A stretch of DNA of 64,000 bases, from NCBI GenBank assembly GCA_951406725.2, contig OX597825.1:46934001-46998000 (forward strand), read 5' to 3'. The DNA comes from Octopus vulgaris (lineage: Eukaryota). A program made the position numbers and the translations under genes. Of the stretch, positions 39,951-56,460 are shown piece by piece (position 1 is the first letter of the stretch; every line of letters starts with the position of its first letter). The notes below the pieces were generated by a model. The model saw only the letters and a program-made list of their open reading frames with translations, did no database searches and had not been told where the DNA came from.

Positions 39951-41775
39951 TTCTTATTGGGATCAACTTTATTGTCATTTTAATTAGTCTAATCAAATAA
40001 GTAAACACACAGCAAGAAGACTGGAATCGATATTTTATCTACAAATGTTCAGTGTCTAACAAAGAAAGTGACAATCATTTGCAACTTTATGGCGACCTGT
40101 TTAATTTCAGATTATTAAATGAAATTCAGAAGTTTTAATTAAGCATCTATGTTTCAATACTCATCATCCATAAATCAAGATGAAAACAAATAAAACTTTT
40201 CTTCAATATGTTTAATTAATCCTTGTTTTGCTTATTTGACCTAATTTAAAACAAATCTCACTGTTTATGGCATTCTTTCTTTTTTAAAAGGGCTGATGAA
40301 GAGGAAAAAAAACAAAACAAACAATAAAAACAGAAGCAAAATTTGTATTTGAAATGGCCAATATATGGCTGAGTGGATGATACATTAGAATGTTGACTTC
40401 AATTCTCGAAAGAAACTATTTTAAATCTTAAATTCACATTGTAAATGGATGAATGACTTACAGCAGGATTTCTTCTTGTTTCATGTGAAATGATCTTTCA
40501 GTTTATTACAACACATCATGTTTTATAGACAATTATTTTGTTGTACGATGTGTATAGTATTGCCTAGCAACATAAAGCCAATAAAGAATCTCTTAAAGTA
40601 TATTTACAAATCTTCATTAGCTTGACTATCCAACAACTGTGACTTGTTTCATATATGTTAGTAAATATATATTTCCCTGAAAGTGGTATTTTTTTTTATT
40701 TTGACAAGAAATGTGTTAATGAACATAATTAGTGAATGAATTTTTTCATTTTGAATTACAAAAATAAAAACCTAATCCCTAATGTAGGAATGAATACAAT
40801 TTCATATAAATTGCAGACGTTATGAAAATAAAGCTGATACCATTTTGACTAGGATATGAATTTCACATATTTATCGAATATAGAAATAAGATAATGATGT
40901 TGCCATGTTTTCGGATTATCGTGATTTTATAAGCACAGATATTACTTTACAATAAAACACAGTGTTTAAAGTTTTCTTTTCGGCATTGTACAATATAAAT
41001 TTACATTTACACTCTTACGTCAAACATATATAAACAAATGCTCACCTTTTATAATTCTGTAATTTATTTATTCCATTCAGAAAACCTAACAAAGCTCCGT
41101 AAATTTTGACATTTTACTGTTTAACGCTGTTCTCTGCATCTTGAGTGTTCTTTTGTTTTAATTTGTTGTTTTCCTTCTTAATAAAAGTTTAATATGAAAT
41201 ATGTATGAAGTGTGTGGCGGGGTTATTTTAAACACATTATCAACCTGCATGATTTTTGTTCATCGCTATGTTCAATCTTGGTGTTTCATACGTTTCAGCT
41301 GTGTCTAAATTTCTCAGCTGAAAATCAGTTGCCTCTCAGATGAAGAGTCATTGTTGAAACGTTAACTTTCTCTTCTTCACGTCACATATGAACTATTTTA
41401 AATGTCTCAAATTTATGGTGCAATTTTTGCAGTTGCACACCACTACAAACTCTGATGAAACTGGAGGAGTATTACAGCATACCACTACCAGTTCCCTCAA
41501 AGTCTATGCTTTACGTATTTTTTCTCTACCGCGTATTTGTCAACATGTTTTAATTGCATGTATTTGTCAACATGTTTTAATAGTTCCCAAGACATCAATT
41601 ATATATATTTTTAGTTATAAGAATTCTAAAATTAATTCATTTTATTGAATTTAATCACTAGGTTCAAATTTCTGTCTTCATCAGACGTAATTTCGCCTTT
41701 TATTTGAGATTAATTAACAAAATCGCAAGTGTAAGTAAAAGAGAAACTGAATAAACATGATTTTAAATATACTAC

Positions 41776-41843
<68 letters not shown>

Positions 41844-42589
41844 GATGATCCATGTAAAGAATAACTATGATAGAAATTTCATGTATGCAATGGAGTCTTG
41901 GAGTTTCGAATTGTCATTAATAAAAATAAGAAACTGCTTGGAGAACAGCGAAACTATTTCAATTTATCCTAATGCAATGGAGTTAGGGTTATCATTAGTA
42001 AAGAGCCACATAGTCAGTCAAAGATACAATTTTGTAGTGCAAAGAAATCACAATAAAAGATATAAGGCATGGTTCAAATGACGCCGAGCTGTAAAAATGC
42101 ACCGAACCACCTAATGCTTGATGAATCACGTGATCAACCAATCAATTTGTCAGAGTTTATTCCGTTGCCATTAGTGTCATTTTCGGTGACATGGCCTTGT
42201 TGCTCCAGGTCTGTCAGAATATTTCTAAACTGGAAATACAAGGTTTTTTTATTGTATGTATGTTTTAGGATGTCTGTGTGTACGTGTATGTGTTGTATCA
42301 GTGCTAGTGTGCGGACATATGTTTCATTGGAGATTGATATTGTTGATTTGTTTATCTCTAGTGTGCAGGTTGTGAGTATGTGTATGCGTGTGTGCACGCG
42401 GGGCCTTAGTTCATTTGTCGCTTCTACCTGTGCGTTAACACCACATTTCGGGTCCTGTATTGGTTGTCCAGGAGGCATTTCAATTGGCTCCTGCATGAGC
42501 ATAGTTGGTCAGGTTTTTCGTTTGCGTTTGTGAAGCCAGTACCAGGCCAATGGGTTCTATTTACCTCCTTGATTGTGGTTAGCCTATTA

Positions 42590-46700
<4,111 letters not shown>

Positions 46701-46714
46701 TAATAATAATAATA

Positions 46715-46754
<40 letters not shown>

Positions 46755-47089
46755 ACTGAATATATTCAGAAGGTGAACATTCATGTATAAATATAAAGAT
46801 AATTATATATTTACAGAACAAATTTACATGGAGTACAAAAATACAGAAACCTAAGAGGAGAGGGTATTGTATTTTGGGTCCGACAGATGTTTCTGAGGAC
46901 TCGGAATTACGAATCAGTTAGAATGTTGGCAAATCAATAGATAATGTTATGGATCGGAAATAAGTAACTCAGTAGAAAACAGAATTCTAAAATACAACCA
47001 AGCACATCAGCTAAAACATTCTCAGTTATTTTACTGCCTCTTCAATCTAACTCTCTCTCCACGCACGCTCGCACACAGACACAGACACA

Positions 47090-47160
<71 letters not shown>

Positions 47161-47707
47161 CATAGCTCTATGACTTGTTAATATATACCATACTTTCGTT
47201 ACTTATTTTAGATTTCTATGTAATGGCATCTTTGACCCAAGGAGGCATCCGAGAAGTGACAAATGCAGAGAAAGATGGCTGCACCATCAGAGCAGGAACT
47301 TATTATTTTTCAGTAGACTTGAGCAGTGCAAAATGAAGTAGCTTACTCAAGAATCTGAGCCCACGATCTTATCATGGGCTGAATACCTTAATCACTTGGC
47401 AACGCGTCTTCACTCTTATACACTTATACACACACTTATTTCTACCTACTCAAACAAATATAATATTAAATACGTTGAGATTGATGCTGTATTGATAAAT
47501 ATAGAACATCAGTTTTTAACTATTCAACTGAATCTCAGCTAATCTATATTTCTGATCAACTCTTGTAAATACTGGATGGCATTGCAACCTCTTTTCAATG
47601 TCCACATAATATAGAAGCGAACAATTATCGGTAGTTAATGTGATTGACAAAGTCCAATGAAAAGTAATCTGAGCAAAAAGAAAAAAGATATCGAAAGAGA
47701 ATGAACA

Positions 47708-47765
<58 letters not shown>

Positions 47766-49037
47766 AGAGAGAGAGGGAGAAAAAAATAGTGACTGAGAGG
47801 GAAAGTAGAAGGGAGCTGAGAAGTAAAGAGCAGAGTGAATATAATCAATGTATGTAAGCTATAACTGAAGTCGTAAATATTACATAGAAATACAGCGCTC
47901 TTGCTGCTGTATAGTGAATGAAGACGGGAAGTTTTAATTTCAGACGCATGCGCTATTAGATGAGCGTTTCCTCTTTTATATTAGTCATTTTGTTTCTTTT
48001 GTTTTGCAATCGTCCTTTTTTCTTTGTATAATTTTTTTTACTTTTTTATCTTTTCACTCTTCAGTTTTACTTCTATGATTAGTTGCATCTCTCTTTCTCA
48101 TACTCTTATTCGCCTTTCCTGTTCTTGCTCTTAGCCATTCTTACCTTCGTTTCAAGATAAAAAGAAAAAAAAGAGGAAAAGAACTAGTACTGGTTTAAAT
48201 ATATTAAGGGCGATTAAACACAACTTTCTTTTATCTCGATGGAAGAAATCTAGGCTTTGTTGACAACATTGAACTTTACATATCGATATTACATTATCTA
48301 TTCTATTTTATATTATTCAACAGATCTATAGAATATTTATTTTAAACTTAGAAATACGATCTCACAATGTATTATGATGCCTATTATACGCCCTCTAATA
48401 GAAGTTTCATAAGACCAGTTTATTCAAGACATAAAAGAACAACTTGAAAACATTCAAATAGGATTAGCTTAGATTTGGTTAGTGATATTTTGAAAGTTGA
48501 GGAAAAAGAAGGCTGAACAGGTAACTGATAATATAATCATTCATTCTTCTATTAATTATGTTATTAAAACAGAAAGAATAGAGGGTAACGGGCACGTTTA
48601 TAAGCATGCGCAAGTCCTCTTTTCACTGTTCGCGGGTAATCCCTCCATTCCGCGCTAAAAAATGCCTCCAGGTGTGTGGTGAGTGATTCTATTCTCCCTT
48701 TTAACTTTAAAAAAAAATATTAAGAATTTCAACCTCGAAGCTGTGGCTATGTAAATGGCACTTCTCCGAAATTTAAAACTAATTAGTCTGAAACGTAGTG
48801 ATAAGGTACATGATAGATTATCTGCAGGTTTTGATGATTCGTGAATTTTAGTCGAAGAATCGACCCAAATACTTATTTTTTAAAGCCTGGTACTTCTTAC
48901 GGAGTTTCTGAGTTACGGGAACGTAAACACTCCAGCTGCGGTTGTCAAGCGGTGGTCGTGGTCAAACACAGACACTAACACAAACACACGCGCGCAGGCA
49001 CCCCATCCCCACATATAAATAAATATATACATATCTA

Positions 49038-49810
49038 TGAGAGTGGGCTGAAAAGTTCATAGACTGACTATGAAGGCGTGATGCTAGGACTGTGATATCT
49101 TGCGTGCATTAATTTCAACTGTTCTTAACTGCATTGTGCTGTCAAAGAACATCTCAAAATTTGGTGTTGTAATGTTATCAAGTACCTGCAGGAAAACATT
49201 TAAGGCACCAGGAAATTCATGCTAACATGGTTGCTACATTAGGGTCTAAGGCTCCAGCTTTGTCAACAGTGCAAAAGTGGGCAGCTGAATTTAGGCGGGG
49301 ATGAAGGAGTCTTGAAGATGACATAAAGTCCAACAACGAGGAAAACATTGATCGTTTTCACCACAGGATGGTTGATTATAGGTGACTATATATCAAATGG
49401 GTAATGCTATTTGCACTTCCCGTGAGAGAGTTGGGAATATTTTGCACAAAGCATTTGGCATGACTGAGGTTTCTCCTCAGTGGGTGCCACGTTTTCTGAC
49501 ACCTGATCAAAAGCGCACCAAGCTGAGCATATCACGAAAAATCTGACATTGTTTGAAGTGGATGTTGCTGGTTTCCTTGGACGTTTGCTAAACTATGATG
49601 TGAATTGGGTTCATCATTGAGTCAGAGGCAAAAGTATGAGCTATGCAGTGGAAACACCCCTCCTCACCCGTCTTAGAGAAGGCGTCGAGTTTATTGAGTA
49701 TCTTCAAAACGGCAACATCATCAAAGGAGATTACGATATTTGTTGAGGCAGTTACGAAAAACTATCAAGACCAAACGCCCGAAAAAATTGACAAAAGGAA
49801 CTCTGTGGAA
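49038..49810 (+). mobile_element. Degraded mariner, 5' portion
   Basis: TA followed by TIR-like tgagagtgggctgaaaagttc. VIKYL, TVQKWAAEFRRG, WVPRFLT, MQWKHPSSP. Confidence 0.78.
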
Positions 49811-50759
49811 ACAGCTCCCAGATCTGGTCGTCCCTTCTGCCATTGATGAGGCATCTGTCCGTCAAGTTGAGGCTGCCACTTTGGAAGATCGACGCATAAT
49901 TATTCGCCAAATAGCCCATGAGGTCAAGATTAGTACCGGGTCTGTGGAAACTATCATTCATGACCATTTGCATATGCAAAAGGTGTCTGCCAGATGGATT
50001 CCCAGGTTGCTCACGCCTTTCCAGAAGCAAGAACGCGTCGAGCGCTCGAGGGTGAATTTGGAGATGTGCCAAGAAGATGAGTCAAAATTTTTCAAAAGAC
50101 TGATTATGCAGGATGAAACCTGGGTCCATCACGATGATCCAGAGACCAAAGCCCAGTCAATGCAGTGGAAGCACCGTGACTCACCCCCTCCAAAGAAGGC
50201 AAGGGTGCAGCCGTCCGCTGGCAAGGTCATGCTCACAGTCTTCTGGGACCAGGACGCAGTAGTGATGACAGATTTCCTGGCAAAGGGTACCACAATTGCA
50301 GGAGCCTATTATGCTTCACTTTTGAGGAAATTAAGAGAAGTTATCAAAATCAAGAGGCGGGGCAAGATCAGCAAAGACATCCTCCTCCTGCAGGACAACG
50401 CTCCGGTCCACAACTCGCTTGTCGCCAGATCAGAAGCACAGGCGTATGGCTATGAACTCCTCCCCCATCCCGCTACTTTCCTGACCTTGCACCCTCTGAT
50501 TTTCATCTCTTCCCAGTCATGAAGTTGTCTTTGAAAGGAAAGCGTTTCCCAGATGATGCAACCTTGATTTCTGAAGTCACGTTCAGGTTGGAGGACCAAG
50601 CTGGGGTCTTCTACAAAAACGGTCTCCAGAGCTGCATCAAACAATGGGAGAAATGCGTAACTCTGGGTGGTTGCTATGTAGAAAAAGACTAATAACAAGT
50701 TTCGTTGCTCTACTGCTATGGGAAGTGGGTCAGGGGCATTACTTATTGAACGCCCCTCG
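49811..50759 (+). mobile_element. Second mariner (5'-truncated), DD34D transposase fragment
   Basis: WIPRLLT, QDETW, KVMLTVFWD, LLQDNAPVH, PDLAPSDFHLF (frameshifted). TIR acttattgaacgcccctcg followed by TA. Confidence 0.9.
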
Positions 50760-50926
50760 TATTCCACCCACTCCACATATCGAACTTCTGTATTATTTCT
50801 ACACTCCTTATTTCACACCTTTTCATAGGTGTGTATATGCATATATAAGTGCATATGCATATGATATATATGTGTGTATGTATGTGTATATGTGTATATT
50901 CTGCCTATATGTCTGTGTACACCTTT

Positions 50927-51110
50927 GAATGCAGTGTATGCCAGAAAGTTCGCAAATCCAACGGAGGCCTCAAAAGACATTTTAAGATTCAGAAAGAGTA
51001 GAACTTATCTGCAGCTCTTGGTGGTTCAAATCTGATGAGCAATCTGTCGGGGTGTCTTTTCAGAACATTGGTTTAAAAAGCCACATCATATGCCATGATG
51101 GTGCTAAAGT
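50927..51110 (+). mobile_element. RTE 3' fragment (C2H2 fingers)
   Basis: ECSVCQK.RKSNGGLKRH and GLKSHIICH. Confidence 0.55.
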
Positions 51111-51154
51111 GTATGTAGGTATTATACATATACGTATATATATGGCAACTCAAA

Positions 51155-51198
<44 letters not shown>

Positions 51199-51203
51199 GT
51201 ATG

Positions 51204-51247
<44 letters not shown>

Positions 51248-51337
51248 CATACATACATATATATATGTATATATATATATCTTATCAAACTCTGCATAAG
51301 GAGTAGACAACTACTATATATATGCATGTATATATAT

Positions 51338-51993
51338 ATGATGGCTTCCCCCTCGTTATCAAGTATGGCCATTGCACGAAGCTTAACTGTTATTGGTGCT
51401 GTGATCGAATGTGACTTTTATTTGCTTTTTAAGGCTACAGCCAGGTATTTGAGACTCACAGCACCATCAACAATCATGACCAATGTTGTCATCGTGCAAT
51501 GTCTGTGCAAGAAAATTTTTTTTAAGTGAGGAAAGGCTGTGCACTGAGTCAATCCCACTCACTAAGCAACAGCAGCCATAATCCGAAAAGAAGAACAATT
51601 TAACATCATCGGTAGCCACTGAGCCGCAGGTTTTATGTCGGAGTTATCCCAGTCACCTGAGTTACCTTCTCCTAGAAGGATGCCCTGACAAAGGCTAGGA
51701 GTCCTTCACTCCCAATGGTTTAACTGCGCGATCGGGTATTCAGTCCGATTATTTCTATGTCCCCGCGCATGATACAGCTTTACGGCTCAAGGAAAAAAAA
51801 ATTACACATTTGGCCGTTGACTCTCAAGAGTTCCTCCGCCCTTTGACGGGTTTTATTTTTCATCCCGCAGGGTGTCCAATAAACACCCTACTCACCAAGC
51901 AAGCTTGGTGGGGTTGCCGGTTTAGTCGCCGACGGCCCGACCATGCAACATGTTGTACTAGGTTACATGTTACCAGTAGTACTCGAAAGTAAC

Positions 51994-51995
<2 letters not shown>
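51338..51995 (-). mobile_element. Short non-autonomous RTE-related element
   Basis: 3' end ggccatacttgataacgagggggaagccatcat resembles the RTE end at ~20280-20309. GC-rich structured 5' part, no ORF, flanked by (TA)n. Confidence 0.55.
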
Positions 51996-52053
<58 letters not shown>

Positions 52054-52833
52054 GTGCATGTATATATATAAATATATATAAATATATATACACATGTATG
52101 TATGTATGTGTGTGTGTATGTATTTATATGCGTGTATGTATATAAATATATATATACACACATGTGCGTATGCATGTATATATACAAATATATATAGTCT
52201 TATCACTTATATCACCGTTCAAGTTAATTCATTATTGTAGTAAACACCTTTGTGCACGGTTATGTATGTGCAATACGCGTATATGCGCAAATGCGTGTGT
52301 ATATATTTGTGTATTTATGACTACATGTATAAATGCTATTTATGAATACTATTTATAAACTTATGTATGTGTGTACGTGTGCACTTTTAAATACATACAA
52401 GATTGTGTATAGGCATGATTACTCTATTCCGTCAAGCCCCGCCCCACCACACTTATAACACGCCAAATCGTATTTTTTACAGATACATGGATCTATTATC
52501 ATTGTTTCTGTCGGGCGCGCGCGTATGCATGTGTTTGAATGTATACGTATATATACGCATATACGTATAAGTGTGTACGTGTGACCGCATATGTGTATAT
52601 ATGTGTATATACGTATGTCTATATGTACATGTGCGTATATACATGTAAAAAGAAAAAGAAAAATATTTTTTATTTATTTTATTCTACGCTTAACCATTAC
52701 GTTACTCTAGTTACTGTGCATATGTGTGTATATATGTGTAGGAGCTTGTATACTTATGTATATATGTATGTGCAGACGTATGTATGTTTGTGTGTATATG
52801 TGTATGTACACGCGTGAGTTCGCGTGCGCACTG

Positions 52834-52894
<61 letters not shown>

Positions 52895-52897
<3 letters not shown>

Positions 52898-53873
52898 AAA
52901 AGTAGAAAATATATACAAACTGGGACAAGAACGTGAAGCACCTAGAAGACGACACAAGAACCACAGGACGGGACATTCGAAGCCCTCAGTCATCAGTCAA
53001 GAACCGGATCATCTTCGCAATTTCGGCTGATTAATCTTGAGATTGCTCCGACCTGGGTAGCCCCCAAGGGAAATCTAATCCAAGCGCATTAGATCCCTTG
53101 GAAGAAAGCTTCGAATGTATACAACACAAGGACGGAAAACGGACGATGTACACGAATAAAAATACAAAAATACGTGAAAACAATAAGGAAAGCACGAATA
53201 AGAATACAAAAACGTAAAAACAATAATGGTAAAGATAAAAACAAAACCAGGACGTAGGACAAGGGTCTTTCGACAGGACAAGTTGAGTTTGGGGCTGGCT
53301 TGTAGAGTTGTGCCTTATGGCCACGGGAGACAAACAAAAACGTGTTGCTACAACGACTGCTGGATGCAAAAAGGCAACACGGCAGTGGCTAGCTGGTCAC
53401 GTGAGGACAAAAGACAGGAGAAAGGGACAGATGAGGAGAGAGAGAAGGTGAACAGGGGAGGAGAAGAAAGAGACAGATCGAGGGGAGTGTAAGGTATGAG
53501 AGGCAGAGAAGCGTAGGAGGGGGACGGATGAAGAGAGAAAGAAAGAAAGAAGGGAATAAGGGAGGAGGAGAGAGAGAGAGAAAGAGACAGATGAAGAGTC
53601 GTACCAATGTTAGAGAAAATATACTTACGTATAAGGACAAAAGTGTGGATACGGAGCCGCCATTATATATGTAAAAAGTAAAAAATATATACAAACTGGG
53701 ACAAGAACGTGAAGCACCTAGAAGACGACACAAGAACCACAGGACGGGACATTCGAAGCCCTCATTCATCAGTCAAGAACCGGATCATCTTCGCAATTTC
53801 GTCTGATTAATCTTGAGATTGCTCCGACCTGGGTAGCCCTCAAGGGAAATCTAAGCCAAGCGTATTAGATCCC
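52895..53873 (-). mobile_element. Non-coding element with ~205-bp direct repeats (period 776 bp), pLTR/retrozyme-like
   Basis: 52895-53097 is nearly identical to 53671-53873. Each copy carries hammerhead core motifs. Abuts (TA)n. Confidence 0.8.
52986..53046 (-). ncRNA. Candidate non-circularly permuted hammerhead ribozyme (second copy 53762-53822)
   Basis: Order GCAAUC|UCAAGA ... GAAAUUGC ... UCUUGA-CUGAUGA. Stems I and III are perfectly complementary in both copies. Confidence 0.6.
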
Positions 53874-53879
53874 ATTAGA

Positions 53880-55035
53880 TCCTTTATATATTTATATAAA
53901 ACTGAAAATGTGTGTCTGTCTGTGTGTTTCCCTAAAACTTGAGAACTACATAACCAATTTCATTCAAATTTTACACATGCCTTACTTAGGGTCCGGGGAG
54001 TGTCATCGTCAAAAAAACTTTTAAACTTTTTGCCTAGGGCGAGCCCACAGCAATATCATATCTTCTCCACTACGATTCCCTATTTCATTCAAATATTACA
54101 CATGCCTTACTTACTTAGGGTCCATGTAGTTTCATGGGGGGAAAAAATGTACAACTTCTTGCCTAGAGCGAGCCCATAACAATATCATATCTTCTCCACT
54201 ATTTCAGTATTACGTGTTAAAAGTGAAACAAAAACATTTCTCTATTTTATGTCAGATGCTTTCACTTTAACAATGAAAATAATAATAACAATTGAATTAT
54301 ATGTAGTAAGTAATAATTAAAATCAAACTAAATTATAATATAATCGTAACATAACAAAAGTAAAAATAGCAATTGGTATAAAATTGCATCAATGACTTGA
54401 ACTTGAATAAGTGGTTTCACATGAATGGGAATAAATTAAAAATAAAATTAGCGTGCAGAAATGGAATAGTCCAGATGGATAATAAAAAATTAAATTAAAG
54501 AAAAGACTATTGTCTATAAAGTATACGATGTAGAGAAAAAAGATTTGAACACCTGGAGGAAAGCACCATCGAAAAGTGTCGTGATGCGACTATGAAAGAT
54601 ATCTAACCAGAGGCGGTAAATTCACCACAATAGAAGTAAGGTTCGAGTCAACGGAGCGTGCAAGGGAGTACTCGACTCGAACTTGCAAAGTGGAAATATT
54701 TTATTTTTACCTTTATATCTGGGACGTAGGACGTCCTGGATAAAAATTAAAAATGCTTCCTCCCAGCAGTAGAGGTAGGCTGGATTGTAGCCATACTTCT
54801 ATACAAGAGGGAGGACAAGATGTAATTGATCGAAATTGCAAGAGACGGGCTTACAATTCCAGTCTGTTATATATTTTGAGTATTGTTATCACTAGCGATA
54901 TCAAGATATAACTTTGCATTTTGTAATTTATGTGTAGATGTATATATATAGATGTACATGTAATATGTACACATATATATACACATATATACATGCTCTA
55001 GCACTATGACCCGGCAACGACGGGTCATAATGCTA

Positions 55036-55036
<1 letters not shown>
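53880..55036 (+). mobile_element. Non-autonomous Helitron (copy 2)
   Basis: Reverse-complement match to 24226-25409. Hairpin 55009-55026, CTAG 55033-55036. Confidence 0.88.
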
Positions 55037-55085
<49 letters not shown>

Positions 55086-55099
55086 GTATATATATGAGA

Positions 55100-55770
55100 T
55101 GGTGGTGAGCATGGAAAGGTAAGCATGCAACACTACGTCCGGAGAAATAAAAAGTTGTTATGCAAAGCTGATGAACATGGACCCTCTGTGAACGATGCAA
55201 GAAGTGGCCGTCCAACTACATCCCGATCAGCGGAGAACGTGGCAATAGAGGAGTAAATGTTTAATACAGCCCACAAAAATCAACACGTCAAGCAGCTCGG
55301 GAAAGTGGAGTAACAAGACACACTACGTACGGTATTGTATAAAGAATTGGATTTTCGTCCGGGAAAACCTCATTACGTGCGGGAGCTAAAACTTGAAGAC
55401 TGTGACTGCAGAAGTCCAGAAGTCCAGAATTCCAAGAAGTCCAGATCTCACTCCATGTGATTTTTACTTGTGGGGTTACACAGAAGAGGAGGTGTACAAG
55501 ACAAAACTTCGTACACTGGAGGACTTGGAGACACGGATCCAGGAGGTTCTCAATGATATCCCAGATGACGCGTCCTTCAGAAGGTTGTTCGTTCCATCCA
55601 TGGCCATTTAAAGAAACTGGTTGATGCCACCGGTGCTTACATTGAAATATGAAGAATTACTTTCATTTTTTGCATGTAATACAGAACATGTATCATTTGT
55701 TTCAATAAAGTTGTAAAAGGAATATAGATTTTATTACCAATTTTTAATGCCTACTTACTTTTCACCCACC

Positions 55771-55775
<5 letters not shown>
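55100..55775 (+). mobile_element. Degraded Tc1/mariner-superfamily element, 3' part
   Basis: PRSPDLTPCDFYLWGY...VY...LEDLETRI. Ends acttttcacccaccctgTA. Confidence 0.8.
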
Positions 55776-55804
<29 letters not shown>

Positions 55805-55899
55805 TCTTTTACTAATACATATATTCTTTTACTCTCTTGCTCAGGACTTATTCTGTGTAAGCCTAGTACTTATTCGGTTGTGAAGTGATATTGGAGGGA

Positions 55900-55947
<48 letters not shown>

Positions 55948-56117
55948 CATATATACGATGGGCTTCTTTCAGTTTCCGTCTACCAAATACACTCACAAGG
56001 CTTTGGACGAACCGAGGCTATAGTAGGAGACATTTGCCCAAGGTGCTACGCAGTGGGACTGAACCCGGAACTATGTGGTTGATAAGCAAGCTACTTACCA
56101 CACAGCCACTCCTACGC
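55805..56117 (-). mobile_element. tRNA-derived SINE, internally deleted
   Basis: Same family as 45605-46013. Confidence 0.85.
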
Positions 56118-56119
56118 CC

Positions 56120-56208
<89 letters not shown>

Positions 56209-56236
56209 CGCATATATATATATATATGCATATGTA

Positions 56237-56460
56237 CAGTTGCGGCCAAAATGTTCAGAACGGCATTGTTTTCGCCAGAAAAGTAGATATAAGTTTTTAT
56301 CAAAGTTGTTTTATATTCTATAATTTTCACAGACAATAAAGACGATATTAATTGTTATTGTCTGAGATTTCAATGTAATTTGAGAGGATAATACAAAAGT
56401 TATGGATGATTTAGTGATTTACTGCAAAACCTATGGCGGCCAAAATTATCAGAACGGTTG
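56237..56460 (+). mobile_element. Tc1-like terminal repeat (IR/DR type)
   Basis: TA-cagttgcggccaaaatgttcagaacgg with an internal direct repeat gcggccaaaattatcagaacgg ~200 bp downstream. Confidence 0.55.

Larger units (their letters stand above)
35506..40563 (-). pseudogene. Possible decayed intron-containing gene, weakly class III nucleotidyl cyclase-like
   Basis: Phase-compatible AG/GT-bounded segments 40462-40563, 38895-39009, 38252-38338, ~37600-37919, 35769-35821, ~35506-35641. Contains in-frame stops and a frameshift. Similarity to cyclase motifs is by eye only. Confidence 0.35.

Noticed and set aside
38895-40563. Selenoprotein interpretation of the in-frame TGAs
   Set aside because: No SECIS was recognised, the TGAs are not in redox motifs, and a frameshift and a TAG also occur.
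41640-41690. CTGATGA...GAAA motif (also at 464, 28537, 40293, 41451)
   Set aside because: No stem I complement or proper UH site. Expected by chance.
42520-42586. HDV-like ribozyme at a LINE 5' end (ggctaac/attggcc P1)
   Set aside because: No P3/L3 CC or P2 partner could be fitted.
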